The notes: a model not told the origin generated them from the sequence alone. Numbered from the stretch's first letter, positions 34,752-47,640 are shown. The stretch: DNA of 64,000 bases from Callorhinchus milii (GCF_018977255.1 NW_024704761.1:6512001-6576000), one strand, 5' to 3'. Program-made: numbers and translations.

Positions 34752-35659
34752 ATCAGGGATTTGGATCCACAAACCTTTGAATGAACCATGTTCAGCTGGT
34801 GGTCACTTTTCTGTCCAAAACTCATGCGAGGAAACAAATTTGCAGATTGCTGAACCCCAGAGAGTTAGGAATTTGATATAAAAAGAATGTTTACAGCACC
34901 ACTTGGCAGAATGTATATGCATGTCCAAGGCATCAGCCTTTAAATAGAGATTGGAAGCACCACTGCTAACAATCAGCAGTAATCATTAATTCATAGAGAA
35001 AAGTGGTTGCAACCTAGGTTTGACAATACAATTAGTATATATAAATCAGGACTCTAATATTAATTAATCATTACATAACCCCTGGGTTGTAGGACTGTTA
35101 ATTGTCTGTACAGAGTACATCATGTGGACACATTTTGGTAAACTACACTTTTCAGCAGCATTATATTAAAGGCATTCTTTACGATCACTTTGATTAATGT
35201 TATTTGACCCGATTTTATATGCTTTTAAACATTGCGGCTACACTGCAATTTGTGATAAGGAATAGACTACAAACCATTTTTTGTGCAATCACCAGCGAGT
35301 TTTTTTTTACCTCTCAGCAATGCGATTGTTCTTCTTCAGCTGAAGGGAGAGTTGATCTGCCAGGGGTGGTTCGGCTTTTCCAATTGGAACGAAATATCCC
35401 TTCTTGTGCAGAATCGCGCTGACGTCCTCAGCCAGCCCCGAGCAACCATCTTCCACTCTCTACATCAACCAAGCAGAATGTTACGATGTGACTCACAGCA
35501 AATCCAATACCCGAATTAAAGCATTTACTACCAAACAAAAGGGAGCGGTGACTTGTCACAGCACTTGTGCCACTGTATCACTGAGTGCAACAATGTGGTG
35601 AAGTGCACCATTGAATTGAATGAACGTCCATTTGGAGCAAATATGGTGTCAACCGGAAG

Positions 35660-35845
35660 GAACTTTGAGCTCGTAACCTTCTCTGATGCTCCAGTGCATT
35701 GCTGGGGGGATGGCTCCAAAGGCAGAAATGTCCTTTGGATGAAATGTCAAATCTGTCTGCCTGGGCATTATAGATCCCATGGCACTATTCGAAAAGAAAA
35801 GGGAGTTTCTTCCAGTGTCCTGGTCAACAAACCTCCCCCAATAGG
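35660..35845 (+). mobile_element. DeuSINE-like fragment, followed by a minus-strand SINE tail (35857-35919)
   Basis: cctttggatgaaatgt...agatcccatggcactattcgaaaagaaaagggagtttcttccagtgtcctggtcaa. Confidence 0.7.
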
Positions 35846-37324
35846 TCATTTACTTCATAATAATAATCCTTGCATTTGATATAGCGCTTTTCACGTCAGG
35901 AGGACGTCCCAAAGCGCTTGAATGTGGCTGTCTGTGACCTTTAGGGTATATGAGGTGAATATTGATGAATGCTCAGACCACACAATGTAGAGTTAAAAAC
36001 TTGGTTGATTTTGAATGCTGGTACCATCACGTATGGAGGTGGAAGATGCAGAGAGGAGAAAAATGTTTCTGTATCATTACTAAGTCTGAATGGAAATGCC
36101 GGAACCTGTGGGGAAAAGTATTTAGTAAGCGGCATTTTTCAATCAAATGATATTCAACTGGTTTAGAAAAGGCAAATAACATAAAATAAGCACAACTGCA
36201 TGAATGATGCATAAAGTTATAACATTCAGCGGAAGTGCTCACCTCTCAGTTTTGAGAATACATTATCCTAACTCCCTGACATGCCGTATAATTGCATAGC
36301 CTTCTGCCTCTCGTTTCTCAAGGCACAGGGTACGTGAAGCCTGGATAATGTACTCTCTGAGTGGAGCCAAGTACCTGCGATGAATGTGATGAAAGTGATA
36401 AGTTGGTTCCAATATTGGGGACCTGAACCTAAGCCAGTGACAAATTCAATAATAGGACAAGATGAACCAACCCAATTTTGTGCAGAAATGCAACTGACTG
36501 ATCAGATGCAGAAATAGCCTGGCTGTTTACCGTGGCTCCGAAAATATCTTTTAATGACCAGGGTGACTGGTTGCAATGATAAACGTTGGCTGCCAGAGGT
36601 AATGTGTGAATTAGCATTAAAATACGACAATGAATTTACACAAGATAGTTCTCGGCAGTGGATCAGAGAGAATCCAACAATTAGCATAGTTATTTTTTAC
36701 CATATTTGAAAGTGGCAGAAATATTTCAGCGTTTCTTCAGCCGCTCATCATATAAAGATAAGGCAAATTCCTGGCGTATCGCTCGATTGTGTGTGTGTGT
36801 GTAGGAGGAGGGCAGGGAAGAGTTCCAAAATGACAAACGCCTGCGTGCAACACAGTCGATGTAGCTCAATCAGGGCTGAGCTACAAAGAATGAAAACAAA
36901 AGGGAATTGTGAATGTGGATGCCACGGAGTAGCTTTATTAAAGGAATCCATCAAAAAAAAAATCCACATTATAGAAACCATTGAAAACTCTGTCACAGAC
37001 AGCTGTAAGTTGTACTTTTATTTCTGGCAATATTTTCAAGCATTTTTTGCCTCTTTCTTTTCCTCCTCTTGAAAATGGACCAAAAAAAGTCCTGCCCAAT
37101 TAATTAGCAGTTAATCAACACATTGTAGCTCCAGGAGACTAAGGGCCGTGAATATTTACACTGTTCTAAATGAGATTCTTGATCAGAAAATTCCGTTCAA
37201 GGTGATAATTACTCTTTAGCGTGAATAAAAAGGACAAAAAAAGCACTACAAGTGATAGAAACAAAATCCCCAAACTGAAAAAAAACAGAACTAAAGAGGT
37301 AATTTACAGCAGGTTTATTGGTAA

Positions 37325-37665
37325 CGTTTGCATTTGAAACAGCGCATTATCATGTCAATCAAGCGTCAAAGCACTTCACAAGATAACGAAAACAGAAGTC
37401 GCAGTGAATTAAGATACACTGTGAGTTAAGTGAATTAAGATATCACAAGATATACTGTAAAGTGGATTGACTGTGTATTTTGTGGGTGAAACCCAGTTGC
37501 ACACAGCAGCGTCCTACAAACAGCCAAGGAGTGAGTGAGTGACCAATGTAATTTCTCTTTTCGAATAGTGCCATGTGATTTTCAACATCCACCTGAAACA
37601 GTCACCTTTAACCTCTCATCCAAAGGACGGCAACTCTGACACTGCAACACACCCCAGCACTGCAT
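37325..37665 (-). mobile_element. DeuSINE-like element with a family-type tail
   Basis: ttgcatttg...caaagcacttcaca...acagcagcgtcctacaaacag...tcgaatagtgccatg...catccacctga...tctcatccaaaggacggcaactctgacactgca. Confidence 0.75.
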
Positions 37666-38724
37666 TTGAAAAATAATGTTGTGTGACTGTAGTGAGGTCC
37701 AATACACATGTGCATATCGTACCGTAATTCTATGTGGGATTTTTAATTATGCTTGAACCAGGAACACCTTTACTCTGACGTGGCTGGGCACAAATTTCAG
37801 CAATATCGCTGTCAACAATATAACAAATTGATATTAATTTTTGCACAGTGTTCGCCCCTCATATACACCACCGGGGATAAGCCCTAAATTGTCGATGTGA
37901 TTAATCTTGTGGAGATGGGAAGAGTCTTGGCCCAAGGAGAGCCATGCGGGCGGCGAGAGAGGGTGGGTGGGGGAATCATTGGACATGATTGACAGCAAAC
38001 AATACCCCATTCGGCACTGGCAGCTACCTTCTGTGTGGTCCAATTGAATGGACTGCGATCACTGTGGTGACAAATTGGCTGGCACTCAGTGAGACAGTGA
38101 TTAATGACCAGTGCTACTGATAATTTGTCACCTGCAGCAATGCAACCGCATTAATCATGTTCCAACTACCTCAGCTTTATTTGCAGGCAACCTGGCATTT
38201 TACACAAACTTTCCCACTGAATTTTTATGTTCGCCATTTTTCTCCGATAATAATTAAAAGGTTTATTCCCACTGACATTTAAAGTAAATAGGCGATTACA
38301 AGGCAGTTGACGCAATGGTAACAGATTAATAAGTTCCAGTGAACTATTTGCATTTCACTTGCTTCTTTGAGAAGAAACAATTATATTTGGACGGAACTCT
38401 TTGATGGTTTTGGGATTCGGTTATCACCAACTGGGTAGAGCCAGTGGTGAAGATCTCTTAAGATCTCTTGCCAAAGATCTTGCCAAAGATTGATTGAAGC
38501 CAACACATGCAACTTGTCACTGTATAGTGTATAATTGAAGCCCTCGTCAACTAACACCCAATTCAATACAAGCAAACACTACACCCAAGTTTGGGAGAAT
38601 TCACCAGAATCACAAATGTCACTACTCAACATAATTAATCATCAATACCAAATTTAAAAGGGAACGCAAGTAAATTTGACATTCATTAACTGTCTATTGC
38701 ATGTATTTTTATGGTTTGATATAC

Positions 38725-38898
38725 AATAATAATAATCCTAATCCTATTTGATATAGCACTGAAATGCTGTACTCTGTCCAGTGCCTTGGGACGTCCTCCC
38801 GACGTGAAAGGCGCTATACAAATGTAATCTTGTTGTTGTTGTAGCACCTCATCACATCGACGAGACATCTGAAAGCTCTTCGCAGGATATTCCGTGAA
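38725..38898 (-). mobile_element. SINE tail carrying a nested plus-strand L2 tail (38760-38841)
   Basis: The SINE tail is split at TAGCAC, which occurs on both sides of ctgtccagtgccttgggacgtcctcccgacgtgaaaggcgctatacaaatgtaatc(ttg)n. Confidence 0.8.
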
Positions 38899-39737
38899 TG
38901 TCTTCTTTATATAATATTATTCTGTAGATATATTCTTTCCCCACAGAATTTGGTGCATAATGACCTATAAATGTCATTTATAGTCTGCATTCTCTTGCCC
39001 GCACTCATTGCTTTCAATTGGTCAGGAATACTCCAATTAATTACTGCAACAATAGACACACAGATTTCTCTTAGAGGAAGAGCTGAGACAAATGACAGAA
39101 ATAGGCCACTGAAATCAGTGCGCAAGTTACCGTTTGTAATGAAAACATCTCTGAAGAACAAACTCTTTTGTATACTTTGTAGTTCTGTAAAAATGTTTAC
39201 TGTATTCCATTGAGGTACGGTAAAGCACATTTGCTGAAGGTTTTGACTGAAAATCCCACCATCAGATAAATTACCTGAAAAGGTATAGATCATAAGATAC
39301 ACCACAAAAATGCCCACTGGCAAAGGTTCACTTAAAACGAAAGCAGCAATTCTTCCGGAAAGCAAACAAAACATTATTTAGATTGACAGTAGTATTCTAT
39401 GGGCATAAAACTTGTGACATTTTACAACAGATTCAGTGTCAAATCTGTTATGAGATACCATTGATTTCACCCCAGTGCCTTTTCTTCAATAATATTTGGT
39501 GCTCAATCCTTCTGAAAACATATGAAAACTCAAATCAAGAGTGTTGTTCAGTTTTTTTTCGAACAAATCAGATGCTCTTTCTTACTTTCAAGCTCTCACT
39601 TGAATTTATGGTCGTCCCACCTATAAGCACTTTAAAACCAAGATCAAAACCAATCTTTGTAATCCGGCTACCTTACTCCACATCAAATAGCAGAGCTCTC
39701 AGGTTCTAATTGATTCCTCGATCGATGATAACAAAAA

Positions 39738-39885
39738 TTATAATAATCCTTGCATTGGTATTGTGCCTTATCACATCTCAAAGCTCTTCAAAGGATTTGC
39801 TGCCAAGTGGAGTGGCTGTGCATTTTGTTGTCGAATGCGACAACCAAGTTGCATACAGTAATGTTCCACAAACAGCCACAGCCAT
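39738..39885 (-). mobile_element. SINE 3' fragment, diverged
   Basis: ataatccttgcattgg...gccttatcacatctcaaagctcttca...ccacaaacagcc. Confidence 0.65.
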
Positions 39886-40766
39886 GAAGAGCAGTAGGGT
39901 TCAATCTTTCTGTTTCACACACAGATGTTTTATGCCTCCAATTGCTCGCTTGTGCTGTTGGCTAAAGCTCAAGGATTAGTAAATAGAGAATCTTGGCTAC
40001 CCTACTGGGACTTTGCTCAGATGCCAATTTGAATTCTGACTATCAATGAAGTCCATGTCAAAGTGGGGTTAATTCATCTGTTTGTGTTGTCATTAGTTGT
40101 GTTGAGTTTTTGTGCCAAACATGTGCCATATGTGTGGTGGATTTATGTGACTTAGGAACCAAATCAAGATTACCAAAACTCATTGCTTACATTCAATCAG
40201 TTCACTTTGGATTCAGCACTGATGCTTTTATTAATCTGGTGCTAAATAACAAGTTGGCATTCAAAAAGAAGGGATTTGACATGGGAGAGAGGAAAAGGCT
40301 GCTCCCTCTGCTAGATAAATCTTATAACTGGAGGTAGATAACATTTCATGCAGGGTTATCAGAATGCAAAATCAACTGAGGTTCAGATAGAGAGATAATT
40401 ACTTGGGAAATCAGAATATTAAGGACTTTTGGAGAAAGCGCAGGGAAATGGAATATAATGTGAAGCATTGCAATGATCTAATAAAATGCTCAACAGGCCA
40501 AAATAGCCAGCTCATGTTTCTGTTAGTTAATTAATTACAACATCAAGCACTAGTCTCAGATCAAGATAGTTTCCATATACATTAACACTGCAAACAATTC
40601 CATTGGCTGAAAAAATATTAATGTAAGGTTTAAAAAAAATCCCAGGGAGGCTTAATCAATCAAAATTAGTACTGTGCCCTCCGAACAGACCCTGCACCAG
40701 CACGTTTTAATATGGAATTGGATAATTGATCTCTTTACTAATGTTTATTAATGAGAATTCCAACAG

Positions 40767-40859
40767 GTTTGCGCTTGAACAGGAGACTTGAACTGATTAA
40801 ATCACCAGCCAGCATCTCATGCTTTAATCAGCTCCCTGTCCCCTGTTCAAGCATAAAAC
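40767..40859. repeat. Imperfect inverted repeat (~30-bp stem, 21-nt loop)
   Basis: GCTTGAACAGG (40773-40783) pairs with CCTGTTCAAGC (40842-40852), and CTGATTAAA (40793-40801) pairs with TTTAATCAG (40823-40831). Confidence 0.8.
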
Positions 40860-41221
40860 AGGCCGAAACATTCATTATAATGTTAATGAAGGGTACATTT
40901 TGGTCATCTTTCATTATTCAATTAATTTGTAATGGATGCCACAAAGAAGATTGCTCCAAGCCTACTAACAGACACACAGTTTGTTCCAGTAGATGTGGGT
41001 GTCTCCATGCTCTAAGCTCAATATGGAGATGAGTATGTGGTGATTCATCAATTGTGAAAGTTGTTGGGTGGAACATCTCACCAATCTCCAAACACCTTGA
41101 AGAAAACTCAGTGGGACATGAAATGCAGCATTATTTATATATACACGTTGACAGTAAACTTAAGTGTCTTTTATATTGATGGCTTGTATATTCAGGGAAA
41201 AAGCATACCAATTATTAAAAG

Positions 41222-41286
41222 AACAACAAATTACATTTGTTTATCGCCTTTCATGTCGGGAGGACATCCCAAGGCATTGGACAGTC
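41222..41286 (-). mobile_element. Short L2 tail fragment
   Basis: aacaacaaattacatttgtttatcgcctttcatgtcgggaggacatcccaaggcattggacagtc. Confidence 0.8.
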
Positions 41287-42917
41287 AAGGATTGTTTTAA
41301 GTCAAGGAATGTTAAACGGTTGTTTTACTAAGTGTGTTCCCTGCTCAGCTTCCAACCCTGCCACTGTGCAGCGCTCAGAAATACTATCCTGCGCAAAGGT
41401 TGCTATGTAAATGTAAGCTGTTGTTGTGGGTCTCTGTGCATACCCTGGCTTAATCTACAGAAAAGGATTAATTTACAAAGCGAAAGAAGCTCACAATGCT
41501 GCTCGAATCACAATGCTTGACTGCGGTGTGCAGGTGTCATGGCAACACCAGCAATCTACTCTAGTGGTACTCATTGCAGAAAATGCCAAATCAATCCAAT
41601 TCTAGACATCATTTAGAAAAGCGTCAAGATTCCTCACAATGGTACGAAAATAACCGTTATTTATAAATCATCGCTTGTGCTTTGAAACCAACAAAGTTTT
41701 TAATCCGAATTAAAAGTTATCATGACGGCCGATTAAAATGAACAGATATTACAATCAAGAATAATGGATGGAGTGGGGTGGGTGGTGTGCGGTTGGTGGC
41801 TGGAGGAGAAGACGGCAGGTAGGGCGCTGTTGGGCGGCAGCATGCAATTCAGACAACTGAGCCACTGTTCTGCGTGAAGGGCACCAAATGCAAGTTGTTG
41901 TTGTGGTTATAATAGGGAGCAGAGTGCCATCAACAACTGCTGCACAATGCATTGCAAGGTGAAATGCACTCACTCACGCACCCCGGTGACTGTGAGACAA
42001 GAAGAATAAACTGAGCATCTTTATCTCTATTCCCAGGAATGCTCTGCCCCGCAAGTGGATCCACCTCGCTAGCAAAGTTCCCCCTTTTAACCAAAAGCAT
42101 TTCGATTGCAAAGCACTATCCGGCAAATTCAGAATCTATTAATTAAAGTGTACAAAAGTGTCACTTGTACGTTGGAATAAATCGACCAGAAGGTGATTGA
42201 AACGTTCAGACGTTACCTTGTGCTTTAGTCAGCTCCATCTCATGTCCCGATGCAAAAGAGCAGCCCAACCGCGATTACCATAGAGTTATTGATGGGGTTT
42301 AATGCACAATTCCCTACGTGTGTTCGTGTGGTTCTTTAGGTCTGCAATACCCATTTAAACTCGGACAAACCCAACATATTCAATGATCTTCCAGCTTGTT
42401 CTCAACTTTGAATGCCAATATCACAAGAGAACATTTTTCTCCTCAAATGCAATACAGGAATTAGACCAGAACCTTATGCACAGCCTGTTTTTTTTGTGTA
42501 AAAACATGCTCTTACACTCTGCAGGCCATCATCGTGCATTGGTTCATTTCTTCAAGCCTTTGTTCCAAATTACGATCACTTGGTTGGAGAACCCATTTAT
42601 TTTTATTTAGAGCAGGAATGCAAGGGGACATCGAGATACAGAAACCCTGCCTTGTTTTTGTGCTTCGGTACGTTTCACACTGAACGGATAGAGATTCCTT
42701 TGCTGTGCGCTCATTCTTAATAACCTACATGTCATCTCACACCATTATGAAATTGACTGTATAGAAAATGCCGGGCACCAGCCAAAGATGAATGATTCAA
42801 ATATAAGATCCAAATATATGAAAGGCAAGTTTAATTTTAGTTTTGATCTTCAGAACTGCTGGATCCCAAGGCAGAAGAGGTGAGAGCTTTTCCCTGGCAT
42901 ATTCCTTCATTGCAACT

Positions 42918-43043
42918 ATGCGTTTCGCCCACAAAGTATACAGTCAATTCACTTTACAGTATATTCTGTGAAGCACTTTGAGACGTCTCGAAGACATGAT
43001 AAGGAGTTATATCAAATGCAAGGATTATTATTACTATTATTAT
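42918..43043 (+). mobile_element. 5'-truncated SINE
   Basis: gcgtttcgcccacaaagtatacagtcaattcac...aaatgcaaggattattatt. Confidence 0.88.
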
Positions 43044-43649
43044 AGGAATACGTAGGATGGACGCTAGTGCAGGTTTGTGTTATCATGTGCTCTAAAGCAC
43101 GTATCACCAGAGGTTGCAGTTATATGTTAGAATGACCAATCGAGATACAATGTGCTGTGAATCATCTACTGTATTGAAAACAGCATTAATATTTATGGAA
43201 TATTTTGCACTGCAGATTTATTCATGACATCGATAGACCAGATAGCCCGGGAGAGATGAAGTCACAAGTGAGTTATTAGGACTTTTCTTACGTGAAATTA
43301 AATTCTGGATTTTACAATTATCTGAGCTCCATGCACAATTAAATGATTTTTAATCTATTCCATTGCAAAAAAAATTAATATTTTCAGTAGGTCATGTGAG
43401 CTGCCTCTTTTACCTCTCCTAAAAAATAGCAAGGTTGAAAAACTGTATTTAACAGGCTATCTGCAATTTATTATTATTATCTCCCCTTAGATAAATTGTA
43501 TCAAACCATTGAATGGAGCATTCAACTAATGCCATATAAAGACTTGAAAAACAAGACGAGCAATAAATCCAGTGTGTTCCTGTAAATTCCATTAATATCT
43601 TGTAGCAGCTATTGTCCCAAGCCTCAAATGATTCTTATCGAACATAATT

Positions 43650-43997
43650 GGATTCCTATAGCTCAGTGGTTAGAGCATTCGCCTCGCAAGCGAGAGACCT
43701 GGGTTCGATTTCAGGGCAGGGCAAAACACTGGGCAAGTTTCCTTACTCCACACGCCTCTGTTTACCTAGCAGTAAGTAGAAACCCAGTTGTTAATCGATT
43801 GGAGGATCCTTTAAAAAAAATAATCTGATCACCCAATCCATGACTATTTGTGGGACACTGCTGTGCGCATTTGCTTGATAAATTTTGCCCATAAAATATA
43901 GTCAATTCATTTTACAGTATATTCTCTGAAGAACTTTGAGGCATCACGAAGACGTGATAAGGTGCTACATCAAATGTAAGGACTATTATTATTATTA
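43650..43997 (+). mobile_element. tRNA-Ala-headed SINE, long subfamily
   Basis: ggattcctatagctcagtggttagagcattcgcctcgcaagcgagagacctgggttcgatt...(att)n. Confidence 0.92.
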
Positions 43998-44139
43998 AAA
44001 TAGCTCGTCCTTAATGTTCAGCTTCTCGTGGTTTTTTGCAAAGCAACAAGCTCACTTCAAAAGTTACATTTGGTCCATGGTTTGGAGCGAAAAGTCAGCA
44101 TAGCCAGGAGCCCTTCTACACACAGCCATTGCCCCCATT

Positions 44140-44302
44140 ATCACATTTTCAAGATGAAGGTAGATAAATATTTGTTCGATCAGAGTATTAAGGGATATGG
44201 AGCAAGGGCGGGTAACTGGATTTGAGTTACAGATCAGCCATGAAATAGCAGAATAGGCTCGAGGGGCTATTCAGCCTACTCCTGTTTCTATGTCTATGTA
44301 TC
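44140..44302 (+). mobile_element. CR1-type LINE 3' end
   Basis: ttcaagatgaaggtagataaatatttg...aagggatatggag...cagatcagccatga...aggctcgaggggct...cctactcctgtttctatgtctatgt. Confidence 0.8.
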
Positions 44303-46339
44303 TCAAATCCACATCACCTCGAATCTGCCTCAAAGCCTGATCCTGGATCTTATTCAATGTGTGCAGAAAACCCTTGTGCTACTTGGTCTAAGAACTCCAA
44401 TCAGTGAATTGAGATCTCTTTAGGCATTTGCCATAAGATGCGTGAAAAATCCTTTTCTATTTTGTCATAATATTAACTGAACCATTATGCAACCTCAATG
44501 ATTCAGTGACACAGTAAGAGTTTATTTGTACTGAGAAAGTGCAGCATGACTTTGTGCAGTCAAAACTAGGATGTGCGAGAATGGTCTTTCTCACCTGGTC
44601 TTCTTGTGGTTGGAATAAACACTGTGTTGTGTGATGTTACACAAATGTTTAACTCCATTTGTCGTGCATTTGTGCTGCATAGATTGTGCCTTTTTGAAGT
44701 TCACTTTGCTGAGAAATCCACACGAGGTAACATTTTCTTTTTTAGTGTAACGCATCCAGCGGTCATGTTTTTGCAGTTTAATGAAGCTTATGCAGATTAT
44801 GGCAGCCAGAGAAATCTGAATAACTCATTCCCATATATCTTTACAAAGCAGACCAAGGCTATTAATGCTGTTTCAGCCATAGGGCAAAGACACGACACTG
44901 AGGAGAAAGTGAGATGCATGCTTGAGAGACCAGGAACTGATCTGAAATTAACATTTGACTGACAGTGTACACAGACTGAATTATAACATTCATCTTACTT
45001 GCCTCTCAGTGCCGTCATAATTCATTGCCCTGCTAAGCATTAGACACCGAACAGAACGGGGTGGTGGGGGGAATGAGATGAAGCGAATATTTTTATCATA
45101 GAGAAGATTGAAATTCAGAGGGAAGGGGAACAGGGAAAAGGAATGAGGAGGAAAAAGATAAGTAAAGTGAAAGCTCCTTTCAACGGAGACAGAGGCAGTC
45201 AGCCTGCTTATATATAAATTTCTGATTCTATTGAGAAAAACAGAAATAAAGATGCATCAATATTATAAATGGATTAACCTCAGTATATATAATAATAGTA
45301 CAGTAATGCCCCGATAACTCATCTCACCAAGGGAAAAGGGCTTAGTGACAAATTATACAGAGAAGTGAGTTAGGTATATGTATAAATACATAAATAGATG
45401 TGGCCAGGATATTGAGAGTGTGATGACTCAGGTGGTAGTGACAGATTAAACCATGGTCGAGTCATCAGGAGTTTACTGTATGTGCAATCTCCTACTAGTG
45501 ATCTGATCCCAAATGCCAAGCCGGTTAACCTTTATTGCATGAAAAGCTGGACCCAAGCTCCGATCCCAGCATTCCATCTATCAGGATCCAGCAGTACATT
45601 TAATTCTTTTCAACTTCTATCAAGGTGGAATGCTTTCCTTTGGAATTTTATAAGTACAAAAATAAGATGCCTGGTGCCCTGGTTATGTATCGCTTATCCG
45701 TGGGGTCTAATTGCTGCTTCCTATCACCTTCTTCCTGCATGTTCATTCCTTTCTACAGTTTTGGAGGTGGGCAACATGTTAAAGGTGCAAAGTTTGTTGC
45801 TCCCAATGAGATTTCTTACTGTCCATAATTGCTATGCGGTAGAGATGGTACAAAACTGGTTCTTCAGATTGATCAGTTAAAATCTTATCCTGTCAAAGGC
45901 AAGCATACCCCCACGGCTCTAGTTAGATGGTGTTTTTACTTTTGCCCATGCCCTATAGTTAGGAAGAAGAACTCTGGCATGCAGACCTGGTTAATTTATC
46001 TATGTCCAAACATCGGCTATCGCCCATAGCTTCAGCTCCTGTAGCCTCAGCTCAGCAAAATGTAGTTAACCCTTCAGTACTGGCTAGGAGCAAGTTAAGC
46101 CACAGTCTTAGTTTGTTTCCTTCCATGCTGGTGACTGGGATTGACAACCAACATGGGACAAGAGACTCAAATACAAACACACAAATGTACAAATAATTTG
46201 CAATTCAAATACTGCTGGGTTCAGCTCCGTGCTCTATTAGTAAAATAACGCCCATGTGAGCAGAGTCTGTAAAGCTATGGTTTCGGGTCCATGCCACCTG
46301 CTTCCCACCATCGTTAGGACCCTGGGTTCAGAGTCGAGG

Positions 46340-46512
46340 CTGGCACTGCGTGCCGCACTGTAGGAGGTGCCATCTTTCAGACATGCGCAACGGAGTTTCG
46401 CCTCCCAAAATATACAGATCATTCCACTTTACAGTATATTCTGTGAAGCGCTTTGAGACGCCTCGAAGACGTGATAAGGCGCTGTATCACATGCAAGGAT
46501 TATTATTATTAT
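46340..46512 (+). mobile_element. Deu-like 5' piece joined to a SINE 3' end
   Basis: gcactgtaggaggtgccatctttcaga followed by gtttcgcc...cactttacagtatattctgtgaagcgctttgagacg...caaggattattatt. Confidence 0.7.
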
Positions 46513-47551
46513 TAGAACACAGAAATGCACAACACCCCCGCAAAACAAGGATACAACAAATTACATTTGTACAGCGCCTTTCACGTCAGGAGGATACATC
46601 ACTTTTCTCATTGATGATGCTTTTACCTGGTCTCACAACAGCAGCTTTGATGTGGAAAAATGCAAATGTGCCAATTATACCTTGTTGGTTGGATTATGCC
46701 TTCCCTCAGAACATCTAAACTTTCCGTGTCTTAAGTTTTCTTACGTAGTAATCTGAGCCCAGATGTAACTTCTCCGATATATTCAGAATCCAAGAAATTA
46801 ATGTAAGAGGAGGTTGTTCAGTCCCTTGAGCTGAAACCGGTACCGGTTCATTACTAGGAGTCAAATACTCTAAACCTGTCCCATGCCTTTTCCTGTACCC
46901 TCTATACTCTTCCTTTTTAAATGCTCACGAGAAAAAATTAACCGATGAAGTGTATTTTATGCTCCCCAGTCCTGTGTTCTACCGAGCTAAGGAGTTTTCG
47001 AAAAATTCCCCTGAAAATAAAACATAAATTTTAACCTTGATAAAAGAACAATCCGCACCTCTTTCCTCCCCACAGATTTCTGAAGCGTAATTGGAATAAT
47101 AAAGGATCTCTCTTCACCTACCGATTTACAATTCATAATCCTGATGGTTGGTCGGCTGAGTTTCGGTTAGTTTAAATTCGGGAATTATTTGCAATGCATT
47201 GAATTCCCTTGACGTTGCACTGAAAAATGGATTCAGTCCCTGAAGCGTGTACTAACTTCATGCCTCTAAGGGTGGTGGGTGGCGGAGGAAGGAGATGTTT
47301 GAATACTGTGCAGTGTGACACACAGATGGTGAATAATCTGTGGGAGAATTCATTTCTAAGACATGATTTGCAAGGAAGTTTAGTGTTCTCATCCAAAACA
47401 GTTACCATAATGAAGTTTCACAAATATCGCATGTTCACTTTTCTCATTAATGTTGTCCACAACTACTTTACATTTTATGCCATAAGATATTTATGATTTG
47501 GGTTTACTTCCCTGCAAAATTCCAGGACCATCTGGTTTAAAAGTCCAGTTT

Positions 47552-47640
47552 GAATAATAAGAATACTTTCATTTGATATTACCCCTTTCAACTCAGGACA
47601 ACATCTCAAAGCGCTTCACATGAGATGTACTGTAAAGTTT
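47552..47640 (-). mobile_element. SINE tail fragment
   Basis: aataataag...catttgatat...atctcaaagcgcttcaca...tactgtaaagt. Confidence 0.65.

Noticed and set aside
36243..36374. Exon-like segment on the minus strand (cattcatcgcAG ... GAG|GTGAGC)
   Set aside because: All three frames stop before the donor (best frame YLAPLREYIIQASRTLCLEKREAEGYAIIRHVRELG*), and I recognise no homology. It could only be a terminal or non-coding exon.
38907..39374. 155-aa minus-strand ORF
   Set aside because: Non-ATG start, no recognisable domain, and a composition typical of AT-rich non-coding DNA.
45759..45880. Strong plus-strand splice acceptor (cttcttcctgcatgttcattcctttctacAG)
   Set aside because: There is no convincing donor or partner exon, and the downstream peptide is unrecognised.
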